From Eutreptiella sp. 'Long Island Sound 2002' (taxonomy: Eukaryota; Protista; Euglenida), in assembly GCA_964036045.1 (NCBI GenBank), contig OZ038379.1, positions 31,992,001-32,056,000 on the forward strand: 64,000 bases of DNA. Reading direction: 5' to 3'. The notes beneath the pieces are model-generated. The model saw only the letters and a list, made by a program, of their open reading frames with translations. It was not told the origin of the DNA and did no database searches. Made by a program: the position numbers and the translations under genes. Shown piece after piece: positions 1 to 14,800 of the stretch; positions within the stretch are counted from its first letter, which is position 1; each line of letters starts with the position of its first letter.

Positions 1-264
1 TGCGCGTGATCGTGTAGTAATTAGAATAGCCAGTCTGTGTATCCAAATCAACAACAGTCCTTCGTGCTCAGGAGTGTTGCTCAAAGGCATGCAAGCGTAT
101 GTGCTGAAGCATGTCTGGTGACAATGCAAAGTCACATGCATATCTGCAGCACTGACAGTGGTGGTTGCATTGGCCCTCGCAGTGGCACTGGTACTGGCAC
201 GGTTCCACATGCTGTGTGAATGTAATGCTCTGACCAGATATCAATGTAGATGACTGCATTGCCT

Positions 265-300
265 GTCCCAGTCCCAGTCCCAGTCCCAGTCCCAGTCCCA
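265..300 (+). repeat. (GTCCCA)6 microsatellite in the intron upstream of the first visible exon
   Basis: Six perfect copies read directly from the sequence. Confidence 0.95.
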
Positions 301-423
301 GTTTTGTTGCTGCCAGTGTCAGTGCTTGTACCAGGATGAAGACGTCTGCCCGTCTCAGTGCTGGTACCAGTGGCACTGACCTGTGTCCCACTGCCCGTGT
401 GCCCCGCTTACTTGCGGCTGCAG

Positions 424-525
424 GAATTGAGTGCTGCCAGCGGCAAAAAGGATGGTGAGCTCGCGAAAAAGAAATGGAAGGCGCTACAGGAGGCTGCAAA
501 GCCCTTTGTACAGGACGCTGAGCAG
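424..525 (+). CDS. Exon A (ELSAASGKKDGELAKKKWKALQEAAKPFVQDAEQ)
   Basis: CTGCAG acceptor, GTGCTG donor, phase 0/0; start of helical repeat 1. Confidence 0.85.
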
Positions 526-3500
526 GTGCTGCCCCATCCCCCTGGCAAGTATGCTGCACAAGGAGAGAGCGAGAGGGGGAAGAGGCGCATGGGCAGGGGG
601 CAACAGGAGGGAGATGGCCATGGAATTGGGACAGTTTGCATGAAGCGTCGGTAAAAGTCTGCCGGCAATGCTAAGGCTGGGCACGTGAGGCTGGGGCAGG
701 GGCAGGGCTGTGCCATGCAGACAGAAAGGTGCAACGTGGTGGTGGTTGGGCACTCCGCTCGTCGGCGCGGTACGTATGGGCTTCGGTGTCTCGTATCGCA
801 TGTACTGCTTCAGAAGTACGCGGAGTTTCCGCAAGTCAAATTGTTTTTGGCTCGTTACGAAGAGCTCAGCCAAAGTGTGGAGGTGTGCCTATGCTGTGTG
901 CCCATAGCCTGCCCCCCAGGCCCACGCCCTGTGGCCTGCATTCTCTGCCTTGTGCCCTGCACTGCCCTGTGCCCTGTGCCTGGGCCCATGCCCCGTGCCC
1001 AGTCACAGTTTGTGGGGATGGGCACGCTGTACTGTGTGAATGTGCAGCAACTAGTGCCAACAGTCTTTGGTTCATGTCTTCCATCTCCGTTCTCTCTTGA
1101 CACGGCCTGGGTCGCTTGCTCCCGTGTGTCTGCTGCCAAAGCGCTCTGGGAGGTCTGGGCCAGGTCTTGCTGGTGGTCTGCCTTGGTGTTGGTGCATGTT
1201 GTCTGCTTGACGGGATGCGTGGTATGGGGGATGCGGGGCTTCCGGCTTGGTTGAGTCCTCTGGGCATTTTATGGTTTGGTGAGAGGTGGTTGCCCTGCCT
1301 TCTGCGACCGTTTGCGCCGTCCCAGTACAGGGAACTGGGCAGTATTGGGGAAACACAGAGCACAGGTACAGGGCTTGTACCGGGTGTTGGACAGTGGAGG
1401 GCAGCACAAGGCACAAGGCACGGGGGCACAGGCCCGGGTATTGGGCAGTATAGGGTACAGGGCATTTGACAGCACAGGGCACAGAGCACAGAGCAGTATT
1501 CAGTGCTTTCGGCAGCGCAGGGTATAGACCCCGTGGATTTGGATTTGGGTTTTGATTTGGATTCAGGTTTGAGGATCGGGGCGAAGGATGCGCCGACGGG
1601 GGACAGGGTGGCGTCCCTGACCATTTCTGCACACACCCTGGCCATGCGCGTAAGGCATAGCCTGCACTGCGCGCAGCCCATGCACCGGGGGGAGCCCAAC
1701 TCACTGCTGCCGATCCACCATCTCTCCCTACCGGCACATGTCTTGCACCCAACGACACTGGGCCCCTGCACGATGAGATGGAGGGCCGTGGCACGCGCGG
1801 CACGTCGGCGGCTGCACACGAGGGCAAGTGGGAAAGCAGTGCAGCATACAGGGGGCCACACACGCAGACAGGCTGGGGGTCCGGTGCCAGGGAGGTCACA
1901 AGGGCGTAAGGGAAGCCTGCGCAACTGCAACTGCAGGGCACAGGGTATGTGACTAGGCACCCGGCAAACCGGTACCGGTGGTGCAACAGGTGGTGTGGCC
2001 CGGCAGGCAGAGGAGTCAGTCGCAACGGGGCGCCGGCGGAAAAGGGGCCAGGGTCGGGCAGAGGTGTGTAGGGGTTTCCTTAAGTTGATGGAAGTCCAGG
2101 ACACGGTTGGTGGTTGGTGCCTGCGGTTGGCGGTGAACCGCCAGCGTTAACGGGAACGCCAGCAGCTTTTGACGCACCGAAGGCAATTGACGCCAATTGG
2201 CGGTTATCGGAGAGCGAGTGGTCAAATAGCACGTGTGGTGTGCCGGCTGCTTGCCCGGCATTTGTTTCGGGCCCTCGCACCCCCCCCCCCCCCCCCAAAG
2301 GGAAGTGTAATGCACAAAATGCCACGGGATCGAACCCATTGTCTTTTTTGTGGTTGAGGATAGTCCGGAAGATGTGCCGTCGACTCGAAGAGATGTGTCC
2401 AGACCCCCTTTTGCCCGGTCATCCCATTTGCCCATCCCTTAGGCTGAGGTGGATGTGATGATCCATCAGAAAGAGGCCCAGGGGCTCCTCACGAAGTGTC
2501 AGAAATTGAGGCAAGAGATCGATGCCGCGGAGCGAAAGGCAGACGGCGACGGGTACACTTGTGAACACTGTGTGAGCACGTTCGTCCTCTGCATCGGCCA
2601 CATTCGCAGACGACATGCTGAGGCTGTGGGGTGTAGCGGTGTCCGGGGGGTTTTGATGTGTTCGAGGGTTTCCAGAGGTTCAGGTCCAGGGTTTCGAGGC
2701 TCAGGGGCATGCCAGATTCAAGGGGTCCGGGTGGCAGGGGTTTGACAGACCCCCGTGTCATAGCACAGAGCTGGCAGTCCTCAAAAGTGCATCGTTTTTG
2801 GGCATTTTGCACTCAGACGTTGTGGGGCAGAGGGTTTTGGGCTACAGCACCCATTTCGATGTGATTCTTTTGTCGCTTCTCAATTACTGCAGTCATGTTC
2901 GGGGATCATCGCAAAGACCCATACCATTGCTGCAGTACCACAAAAGGGCGGGGTCGTTGGCAGAGCGATTTACCTACTGCTACCTGCATCGCTGTCTGTG
3001 GGACAATGGGGTAAAGGGATGAAAATGAGCTGATCTTGTGACGTCAGCCGTACCACTGCCCCGGTTCCGTGCTCCGTGCCCTGGCCTTCAGGATGTTGAA
3101 GTCTTGGAAGAAGCTGGAGAGCGCCTGTAAACCGCTGATAGATATGTCTGGGCCAGATCTGTTTGCTGAGTTTGAGGACGTGATTGCGTTTCGGGAGTCA
3201 TACGGGGCAATGGCAGCGACTGTGCTGAGCACTAGCGACCGCATGATCCGCCACAAGCACGCAAATACTGTCATCAAGCCCCTGAAGACGCTCATTGATG
3301 GTATACATTACTGTGCAGTGGTTGGGAATCTGGCGTCTGGGTGACCAGAAGTTTAAGGAGGGGGTTGGACCCACGGTAGCCCCTCGATGGGGGGTTGGAG
3401 AAACGGGATCCTGTGTCCATGTGCCAATTTCCCCCCTTTTTTTTATTGTGCTGGGGTCATTTTGTTATTTAGGATCCCCAATGACAATGATTGCTGTTGG

Positions 3501-5866
3501 TCAGCCTCTGATGTGGGGTGGCGTTGCACTGATGGTCAGTATGTTTGTTCCATATTATGCACTTCAAGGTCAAGGCCAACCTCCTTCTCCGGCTCTGACA
3601 CCAGTTGGAGCTCCAACTCTGGCTGTGATTGATGCTGTGATGTTTGTTGTCTCTTGTTAGCAAATGGCATCTTTTGTGGAGGCCGCTACATTGTAGCCGG
3701 GAGAGACAGGGGGGCCGGTCATATTCATCGTGACTGTCTTTGAATCACTGTCCGCATCCCACCAAAATACAGCCTGTGGTCCACCCCATTACCGTGATTT
3801 CACTGCCGTCCAAAAATACCACCACCAGTGGCACTAGGTCGGCACCCTAGAGCGTTGCATGTAAGTGTGGCCGTGGGAGGGGACAGTGAGGGCAAGTCGG
3901 CAGGGCGGACATGGGAGCCCATGGTGGGCCCGAGGGGCTTGGGAAAATGGGCTCTCGTGTGCCCCACCACTCACAGCAATTTTCTTCTCCTCCAGCCCAC
4001 GCGGGTTCATGGGTGGTGTGGCTGGCCATCATTCACGAGAGGGGCATGGCACAAGACATGTAGGCACTGGTAATGGTTGTTCCAAAAGTGGTGCAAGTTA
4101 GGGCCATGATCCGTGTGCAGTCGACTGCCAACATTGCATCAGCAGAGGAGGAGGGTGATTTTGCAATCCTCCATGGGTTCGCAGAGCCATCGGAAATTGG
4201 GGTAAGAGGAACATCATCAAAGGGACCCCGATGTTCAACCGTCTACTTGCAGGCTTTGATAACCATGGGACCAACCATCACCATCAGTCTCCCTCCGCAT
4301 CACCATGGAAGTATATTTTTCTTTACCCTTCATTGCCACCTCTCTCTTCAGCAACACTGCTTCTGGGGCTGGTGGTAAGAAGGGTTGATCGTTTTTTGCG
4401 GGTTTTGGTAGAGCCTGTCGACGGTCTAGACGAGGAGTAGGTTGCCTCCACTCTTTCGTTGTCACCTATTTTTTCACTCCACGTTGTCTTCAGTCGACCT
4501 GCTCTTCTGGGGTGCCAAAAGGGCAGGAGTGTGTTGTCCTCTGTCATGTTCTTCCTTCCCGCCCTCTGCACCTTGCTTTCAACTCCAAAAGCTGTACTAA
4601 TGTTGGCCAAGTTGATTCAATTGGTGGTCGCACAGAGTACTGTGTACTTTGTGGACTTGGCATCCCATTGGAAAGGTCGCTGTGGGATGCTGTAGTGAAC
4701 TGGCCTCCTCTTTTGATGCCCCGCCCGCCCGCACACCCACAAATTCTCTCTCTGCTGAACCCTTTGCACAAGGGAATTTGGCGATTGCACTTCACTTATT
4801 CAGCAATCCGCAAAGGTCTGGCGCAGGCAGAGTCTCCCGAGTCAAGTATGTGGCGCATGGACTACTGGAGGAGGGTGACCGATGGTGAGACCATTGGCAA
4901 ATACTGGGCGCAGCTGAAGGAGAAAACCGGTATTGCCCCCCCTCCATCCGCATGCTGTGATCTTCGACTCCTTGTCTTTCCGCCAGAATATGCCCATGAG
5001 GGCAGTGCGAGGCTGCGGAATCGCAGCAGGCAGGAGGGTCATCCACCCCACCCGCTCAACTTGAGGCAGTGAGGAGGCACCAACACTGCTCTGACATATC
5101 GGGCAGTGCTTAAATTTCGACCCGTCATGTATGCCACTACATTCGGTGACCGTACCCACCCCACCCCATCCCTAGCTCTCCAATTCCGGGTAATGCACGG
5201 CCGACCTTCCGGCTGAGTTGCGTGCATGTTGCAGAACTGCAAGTGGACCACGAGTTCCGGAAGTTGTACAGCGAGTTTGAGGAGGTGCAGTCGTTTTTGG
5301 AAGAGTATGAGGCCCTGAGTGCCACTGTGGAAGGTACTGTACACGCTGTGTGCGTAGGCCCATCAGATTTGTGCTTTCACGTGCATGGTTAGTGCCCAGG
5401 GCCCCAAGGTTATGTCCACAGCGAATGTGGATGTGCTGGCAGCAACACAAGACCCCGTGTGTGTTGGTGTCAGGAGCCATCAGATGTAGCCCTTCAGCTG
5501 CCATTTGTTGCACCACAGCCTTGCCACTTTGACGTCGGGCCTTTGCCCCAATGCACGCTGTGTCTGGGATGTAGGGGAGACGGAGTTGCTGATCCGCAAG
5601 CAGGAGGCTGCACAGCTGCATGCAACTTGTGTGAAGGCTCTTTCCGAGACCAAGACTGCCCTTGCCAATGGCCAAGGGGAACAAGCGCGAAACGTGTGTT
5701 CGTGTTTGTGCTTGTGTGAATTTGCGGTTGTGTGTGCGCATGTGTGTATGTATTTTCTGGGTGTCTGTTGTTCCTAGCCGAAGACGTCTGCTCTTAGGCT
5801 CCTGCGGAGTTTCTCTCCTACCGCTTTGCTTGTATTTTGTTTTGTCTTGGTATTGCGGTTCCCAAG

Positions 5867-5897
<31 letters not shown>

Positions 5898-8800
5898 TGT
5901 GTGTCTGAGTGCTTACACTGGTACTTTTCCAGCAGTGGTCTGCAGAGTAGGAGGTCCTTTGAATGACATTGTGGCTGGCCGCCTGTGCAGCAGTGGGCAT
6001 TGGGTGCACCATGATACAGTCCTTAGTGCGCCCCCACCCCAGCGGGACCCACGGATGCATGCCAAGCCATGACACACACGGCTGACACAGATGCACATTC
6101 ACAACGTTGATCATACTTTGGATCATGCAAATGATCATTGGAGGATGGGCAGGCGTACAACAGATGGCATGCTGAGCAGCACTGCCCCCACCCCGATCCC
6201 CTGCCCCATTCCCAGCCTCAGCCCCAGCCCTGGCCCTTGCACCAAGTGCCAAAAGTAACTAACAGGCGCCAACCTGCATTACTCCACACTGAGTGCCTTT
6301 GCACAGGTGTTGGTGCGCGGGGCCCATTGTCAAGGGAACTGTGATTGGTGAGCAATGGGAAACACCGTTGTGTTTTTCTCTGCAAGTGGGGGAGGGGCGG
6401 GATGTCGGGCCATTATCTTGGTGTGGTTTCGCGAAGGCGTGGATGTATTAGTGCAGAGCATAGGGCGTGGAAGTGATTTTGCTCGGCCCCTAAGCTTGAA
6501 GTGCCTCCACCCCTGCAAGCCCCGAGTGGTCCCACACAGGACGCTCTGCTTGCAGATAGGATAAGTTGAAATACTGCACTGCCCAATTAACCGAGGTATT
6601 TCTGGCATCAAACGCACTGTGGGCACGTCCCAAGTTTGTGAGGCTATTGCCTAGATTCACAACAACGCCCGGACCTCCAATTGTGTTGTCGGGTGGAAGA
6701 AGGCGATAGACCACTTCACTGCCCGAACATCGTGGGAGATCATTCCCAGTTTCCTTTGGAGTGGTCGGCACCAACCGTACTGCACTGCATGGTGGTTTCA
6801 ATGTGTGTCTCGGGCCAGGCACAAGAAAACACCCAGGAAGAAATTCTTCAAGGTACGCACTGCCAAAATTGATTCCCATGTGGTCCCATGCAATGTGGAG
6901 ATGGCTTGGAGGCGGCTGCATTTTGTGCAAGTACTAAAGAACTAAAGATTTTGGTCCCAATTCCGTGAAACAAGTGCCTAAAAAGCCCTTGGTGTGTGTA
7001 TGTGGGGGGGGGGGGGGGGGGCAGACAATTTTTCAGCAGCTGGCCGAAAGAGCCCCTGCCAAGAAGGGGGGGGGCGGCATAGCACATCCAAGAGCTCATT
7101 TGTGCTTATACGTATTGTTGGTATGGGGCCGGAAGTAGTATCTGCAATGGAATTCTGCAGCACGCTTTGCACATTGAGCAACCATAGACAGAAATGAACG
7201 TGCAGTGCTATGTGCGGTGCACATGGTTTCTCGTGCTATTTTGTGGGTGCACTATTTTTTTTATTTAGTCACTGCGGGCTGTAAACACCACTCTCCCACA
7301 AGCATGGGTAGAGCTTGTGGGAGGGTAGTGGGATCGAAAATCTACGCCGTGTTGTGTCGGATTCCGGAAGTATGCGTCTTCTTTGCCGGAATGGATGCAA
7401 ATCCTGCATTGGATGGTGGAAACCGTGGTGCACACCCAGCAACTTTTGAGTGCATGCAATGTGCGATATCAGCCCTTCGGAGAATGGGATCATTTTTCAC
7501 CAGCCACCTTTGGGCAGTCCAAGGCGACCGGGTGCCGTGACTCAGATTCGGAATATTCGACTCGGAATCCTCTTCGTGCTCGTCCCTCACTTCTGCTAAG
7601 GAGAATGATGGGGAGAATGAGGAGGAGGACTGAGTGACATCAAAATCTGGAACCTCATAGGCCGCAGCACCTTGTGGGGTACCTTATGGAAATGAGAACC
7701 CTGCGACATTGGTGAGGAGGCCTCCGTTGTTGTATGCCGACCCCTTAGGCCACTGTGTCCCTGCCACCTTGGAAATCTGCCAAAAGTGCATAGAATAGCA
7801 ATGAAGATCTAGTGCGAGGTGCGCGCGGTGCTATGCGCGGTGTGTTTATTTCTCTCATAGGCCCCGTTATGCAGAGAGCACTGACATCAACGGGAATGCC
7901 TTGCCCGCACTGCGCCCCTGGTGCAGAGTTTTGTATTCCGGCAACTAACTGAGCCCTAGTTTGGTGGTCCGGCAGATTGTCCTCTTGTAACCACAATCCC
8001 CATTTCCCTTGCTTTGTTGCCCACTATATTGATAGCATGCCCGTATGCACAGTGGGTGGCACTCTTGCAGATGTGTTAATTTTACCCCAAGTATGCATCT
8101 CATTTGTATAAAGTGACTGTGGTTGTGGATAACCTTGGGAATATTATGTGGATTTGTGATCTTATGCTACGGACCACAGCAGATGTAATGATTGGGGATG
8201 TGAGAGGCCCTTGATGCACTCCTGGACAATTCTTCGATTTTGAAATTGGTGCTCATGATGGCGCCTACAAGGGCTGCATCCATATGGCTGTGCCATGTAT
8301 TGGTTGTAAGACTTTGACTGACGGCCGACAAGAATATAATGATGTGCATAGTTTCTATGGTGCAACACCTCTTTGTAACCCTAGCACCTTGTATGCCTTT
8401 GCACGGTTGCAGTTTGTATTTGTAATCGTAAGGACAGAGGATTTTGAACTTGTCAGAATTAGATTGTTCTGTTGTGTTGCTGCATCCGCCTTGGGGCTGC
8501 TTATCCTGCGGTGCACAATTTGAGTAATTATCTTGGAACAGAGACAATATAGTGGCACATACACACATGCATTTTTTATGCAACGTATACCCTTGTACAC
8601 CCTTTTTCCCTCATGTTTGTTACTACTTTTACCTTTTTTGGCCTCTTTCCCCCACAACTGGTGCATTTGTTACCCGTCCCCAATATGGAACGGGCCATGT
8701 ATAAATTTTGAGTCGTCCCCGCTTTGGGCACTCCTGAGACGGCTAGGGTTTGGTAGCAAGGGGGAGGTTGCCAGCCAGCACCCGACCCCAAGGGGGGGTG

Positions 8801-11800
8801 GGGGGACCCCTCTACAGACCCCAAAATGGTTCTACGGAATAATGTGTTCTGTGGGCGTCGGAGGTAATTTGCTGAACTCAGCTAGACGAAATCTATGGCG
8901 CTGTATAAGAGTGCTTTGAGCGCCAAATCGGGCAAGACGAGGTGCTATACAAATGTTGTCTGTTGCTCATTAAAGATCCGGCCCTCGAGCTCAGCCTTGC
9001 CTCGATGTGGTGGTGCCTTGGTCTCTCCTTTGTAGAGAGCGATGGTGTCAATGGATCAACATGCACGGACATTTTTTGGTCTGGTGTATATTTCTTTGAC
9101 ACAGTACGCTGAAGCTAATTGCCCTTACCCTACGGTGCCTGCAGCGCGCCCGTGGTGCGCCCGCGGCACATCCACGGCGCCCAGTAAGCACTCCCCTTGG
9201 CTGCACTAGATGTTTCCTCTCTCTCCTCTGGGTGTTCTTTGATACCTGTGCCTGCAGTGCAAAAACTTGGCCAACCTGTCAACATACACATTTTGGGGCT
9301 GTGTAACCATGCCCCAGCAATGGCTACAGTCCACACAGGTCGCACCAAAAGGGTTCCCACAGCCCAATACACATGTGTTTTGCCCTATGTGTGCACAGCA
9401 ATGTTGGGGCATCAATTGGCACACAATAGTCAGAGGCTGTGTGAATGTGCAGAATGCTTCTCCCTTGATTCCGCAGCTTTTACGGATTGCAGAACAGACC
9501 TTCAAATCAATGCATTGTATGGCAGATTCAACTCTCAACTGTGCCTCTTGTCTTGGCCCTATTGCTGCCTGCCATTTTGGATGTATGGTGCAAATAGAGC
9601 AGCACCCCTGCGTAATGATATGTTTGAGCACAAAAGGTACGGGCACAAGCCAAAGGGCACAGGTGCGCTGCCTCACGCCGGGGTGCAGCGGTATGGACGT
9701 TAGGAATGCCACCATATCCTGCGTACCGGATGTGGTACAAGCGCCAGGTGTGACCCCCAATGGTGCAGGGGGGTGCGCTGTGTGCAGATGCACCCGCACG
9801 TACGTGTGGGGGCTGAAGGCACAGCGTCGCATGAGACCAATCCACCCAACCCACCCTTCGGGTCCACAAGGACAACCCACGTCCCACTCACTACCGCACG
9901 CTGCTCAGAACTCTGTCAGAACCCTCCTATTGTCAACCGAACCTGCTGCAACACGAGCAGGCGGTGCGTTGCGCTGCACGCTCCGTTCTATTTTGCCTCA
10001 GAGCTGGGACAAGTTGTGCGACGCCATGCAACCGCTGCTGCAGGACAGTGGAAGGTACGATGCGGTGGAGGATGTGCAGGTATGTGCAGATGGCCTTGCC
10101 AGTGTGTTTGGTTGTATACAATGTCTTGGGACACTCCATTCTTCTTTGCGTTGACTTGTGAGTGCGCTGGTGCTGCTCCCCATGCCAATGTGCGACACTT
10201 ATGGGGCCCCCAGGGAGGGAGCAATGATTGGGAAGGGGCAATGGTGAGACCCTGAGACCCTTCATCTCATTTACATCGCCATCTGCATACTCTTGTTTTG
10301 CTGCAACGGCCTGTGGTGCGATCGGATGGCGACGGGCAGAATGATCTGTGATCGAGAGCTACTGAGCATTGGTAAGTGGTTGTGACGGAGTGTGGTTTGG
10401 TTGTGTGCGTGCGCACGTGCATGTGTGTCTGCTGAAGAGGTTCAGGTGTCTGCGCGCGCGTGAGTGTGTGTAGCGTTGTGCGCTTGAAGGGGGGAAGGGG
10501 AACCCCCCGACCCTTCAGGGCGGCCCCCACGACCCTTCAGGGCGGCAGGGGCTTCCAGGGGCGGAGACCGTGCGCATTGCACTGCAACCAGTTGTAGGCG
10601 TCAGAACCTGCCGACCTTGTTCCAGCGGCCCATGAACCCTGTTTACAAGCGCTCTTGAACCCCCGCCCCCCCTCCAGCCTCCCTCCCTCTCAAGCTGGCA
10701 TCACAGCACCTCAAGTGTGTCATTCTTTACTGCCATGCTGCGAATGATATCTTTTTAATTCACATCATCCCATTTTCGCCTACTGCAAAGCAGGACAGGC
10801 CCTTTATTTGCACAGCTCCCGGCAGAACGTTGAGTGCATGGCACAGCAACAGGAGCAACCTTTTGCAGTGGGCGGCACATGCTGTTCTGGCTTTGCTGTC
10901 TGTAGGAGCTTAAGCGCAAGTTCAACAAACTCAAAAGTGGGGGCGCTGAGGATGAAATAGATGTTTTGATCCGCAAGAACACTGCGCAGTCCGTCATCAT
11001 GAAATGCCGCCCGCTCATGTCCGTGGTGTGAAACGGCGCGTGCCCAAGCATTGTGCTCTTGCCCTTCGCCTGCCCAGCGTCAGGGTGCGCATCCCCTTCA
11101 CTTGATCAAGGTGCCCACCCCAAACCACAAGCTAAACCCCTGTATCACTGTTCAACATCGTCCACAGAGCCATGTCCTCACATCCGTGTAAAGCAACAAG
11201 TGGATTGAACTCACAAACTATTACAAAGCTCACACCATAGCGGACTGCCAAACCACAGAATATCAGACCACATGCAACGCATAAAATCACAGTTACACAG
11301 TCACAGTGCTCATGCCCTTCACTTGTCCCAGGTACATTACTCTTTTGGTCCACTTGCCCCAAGCTGCTGTGCAGATCGGGTCGTTGTTTTGCTTAGATAC
11401 TAATCTTTTCAGGGTGCCATGTCACTTCGAACACCGCTTCCATGGTACAGTCGTGCTCCCATGTCGTGGAAGCGCCCGATGGACGTGAGTGGTCCAGCTC
11501 AACGACTCAGCAACCTGCATCGCTATTTGGCCTCATGATCTTCATTATTGGGTCCCCTGTCACCTGCATTGTGTAGGTTGGCCTCCAATGATTGGATCTA
11601 GTTCAGATGTGTTTTCAGCAGCTCCCACAGTCATGGTGCGAATCGCTCCAAACAATGATGTTGGCACTGGGATCGGCTTTGACTCGCCAAGGCCTCCACC
11701 TCCTGCGCGGGTGAAGAACCAGTGCACTGTCTTTGGGCAGATGAATGCCAAGACCCCAGTGGCTTCACGGTTGTGAAGGGCATGAGCGCTCTGGCTGTCG

Positions 11801-14800
11801 GCAGGTGAAAGGCATAGGGATCAATATTAGTACCACAAACACCCTCATCTACTGGGCCCAAATGAACGTTCATGGCAACCCAACAATGGTGGGTGCATTG
11901 GTGGTCGCCTAGTGGGTGCCCAAAATGATCAGAGTCCTTGCAATGGCCCATTTGGATCCTCCATTCCACACAACCACAAGACACAGTGGGCAGAAGTTGG
12001 GTTAGCCTACAACCCAGAATAAAGTTCTTGTTACTAAAACATGTGGACCTCTTACACAGCAAGCGTAGTTTCAGTTTGAGGATTCATGTGGACACGAACA
12101 CTCAAAATGTTGTGGCCTGCTGTATTTGACGGAATCCATTTTATCACAATGATTAGCAAAATGGTCCATTGCAAGATTCATCACAGGTCAGCATCAATCC
12201 ATGACAAGGATGATGGTTCGTTGAAAAACTGGTAGACCTGAATCATCTGAAATACTTGCTTGTTGGTGCTTGTCTGTGCTATGGAGTGCAATACCAGAGT
12301 CCAACTGATCCACATTTCTATGCCTGTGCAAGAATGGACCTCAATCCTGGAGTCCAAGGTACCCCTGGTCCTTTGAAGTGGCACCAAATTGCATGAATCA
12401 CGATGCCTCAAACACAAAAAAACCGCAAAATATATTTTTCACTCAGTGTGCCAAAAACGACTCCGCAAAACTGAATTCCACAGCAAAAAACGCAAAAATA
12501 CAACAATTTCTCCTCTGTTGGGTGCTGTCACAAAAATTTTGCATATTATTAATTCAAAACACCCAACTCAAAAATTAGGATTCCGCAAATAGTTAGGATT
12601 CGTACGGCAAGCATTTGCTACCGAATTCTTCCTGAACATGCATTCCCAATTGGGTATGTGTGCATTGCTGTGACTGTGCCAAACGCATCGTCCCAGAAGG
12701 TGTTGGGCGCATGTTCTGTGGACCTGTGGCGGTTGCATCCCTTGTGTTTTAGTTGGAAAAGGCGCTTGCAGCTGACAAAACTGAGGACTGCCAAAAGGCG
12801 CACAAAGCTCTGGAGCAAAAGATTTGGGTCTTGATTCAAGACGTCAGGTGCCAATGCCTGTGTTCTGTCAGTGCCTGTCCTCGGTGACATCATCCTGATT
12901 GTGGAGGTTCTCCTACTGACAGGCAATGCCACCAACTGACCCACAGGTGGTACTGTATTTGGCACCTTCTTTTTCTTTTCGCCTTCCAACCCACCCCGAC
13001 GCTTGAGCCCACGGCCACCGCAGGTGTTTCCAGTGCGGTTTGTGAGTCTTCGGGTTGTCCCCGACCCCATCAGTGCAATGTCTGTCGGCCACCACCTCTT
13101 GATCAACCCGTACAATCGACCCCCTGGAAGCGTACCCCGGTGTCCAGGGAACAGAGGCCGTTGTACCCCACCTCTCACCAACATGGGCCCCTGTCTTGAG
13201 TAATAAGGGATCCATCAACCCATGGCCCACACCTCAGTGGATTTGCACATCTGCACACATCCACAGGGCAGTGCTGTGCTGTGTAGGGCGGAGGCGTGTA
13301 TATTGTAATTCGTGTAATTTTTTTTTTGCAGTAAATGCGTGTAACAAAAAAATCGTCTAGTCGTGTAATTTCTTTTTGCGGTAAGTCATGTAAGCCCGTC
13401 ACATGCATTGCCGCAAAAAAAAATACACGATTTGACGATTTTTTTGTACATGCGTTTACCGCAAAAAAAATTTACACGAAGTGACGATTTTTTTGTTCAC
13501 GCATTTACCGCAAAAAAAATTGCACGCATTACCGCAAAAAAAAATTACACAATGTGACGATTTTTTCCTACACGCGTTTACCGCAAAAATAAGAAAAATT
13601 ACACGACCTTACCGCAAAAAGGCAATTACCAATTTTACTGAAAATGCATGCATGTAGGCGATGTGCCCACCTGTGGGCCACTTCTCATTTTTTCCCCGTG
13701 CTTGGCGTTGCGGACCCCCGAGAACGCAGGGGTGACGTAGCACTTCCGCCCTCTTCTGGGGCCCCGAGAAGGCAGGGGTGACGTAGCCACTTCTGATTTT
13801 CTCCCCCTTTGTTTGGGGATCCCCGAGAATGTAGGGGTGACATAGGATTTCCGGTCTCTTTTGGGCCCGCAAGAAGGCAAGGGTGAGGCAGCCACTTCTG
13901 ATTTGTTCCCCCTTCGCAGGGCAGTCCTCAAGGAACCAGATTTTTTTTGTTAAGGACCACCCTTAAGGACCGCCCTAAGGGGCCTTTTGGCACTGGCTCG
14001 ACATGGGCCATGTTTGTCCCCCTTTGTGGGGACCCCCGAGAATGCAGGGGTGACGTAGCATTTCCGCCCAGTTTTGGGCCCCCGAGAAGGCAGGGGTGAG
14101 GCAGCAAATTGTGATTTTGGTCCCCTTGTTTGGGGATCCCCGAGAATTGCACGGGTGACATAGCATTTCCGCCCACTTGTGGGCCCCGAGAAGACAGGGG
14201 TCAGGCAGCCATTTCTGATTTTGTCCCCTTGTTTGGGAGTCGCCGAGAATGAAGGGGTGACGTAGCATTTCCGCCCACTTGTGGGCCCCCGAGAAGGCAG
14301 AGGTGAGACATCCAATTCTGATTTTGTTGCCCTTTGTTGGGGATCCCCGAGAATGCAGGGGTGACATAAGATTTTCGCCCTCTTTTGGACCCCTTGAGTT
14401 GGGGTTAGGGACTCTCAATCCACGCTTTGTTGTGTGGCCCCTTGAGTTGGTGTTACAGACTCACAATCCACGGTTCGTTGCCTGGCCCCTTGAGTTGGGG
14501 TTAGGGACTCTCAATCCACGCTTTGTTGCATGGCCCCTTGAGTTGGGGTTATGAACTCACAATCCATGCTTTGTTGAGTGGCCCCTTGAGTTGGGGTTAC
14601 GGACTCACAATCCACGTGTTGATGCGTGACCCCTTGAGTTGGGGTTAGGGACTCTCAATGCACGCTATGTTGCGTAGATTCTTGAGTTGGAGTTAGGGAC
14701 TCTCAATCCAGGCTTTGTTGCACGGCCCCTTGAGTTGGGGTTAGGGACTCGGAATCCACGCTTCATTGCGTGGCCCCGTGCGTTAGGGTTGGGGACTCTC

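Noticed and set aside
2572-3047. Alternative intron GTGAGC...CGTCAG giving GYTCEHC-PYHCPG
   Set aside because: The 2553-3091 intron has a better pyrimidine tract, fits the GTRY donor pattern and keeps the repeat alignment gap-free.
5900-9900. Possible decayed transposase or gene in the 4.3-kb intron G-H (e.g. ORFs 7205-7637, 9267-10154)
   Set aside because: No recognisable catalytic motif or termini; only 10002-10079 of the long ORF fits the host gene.
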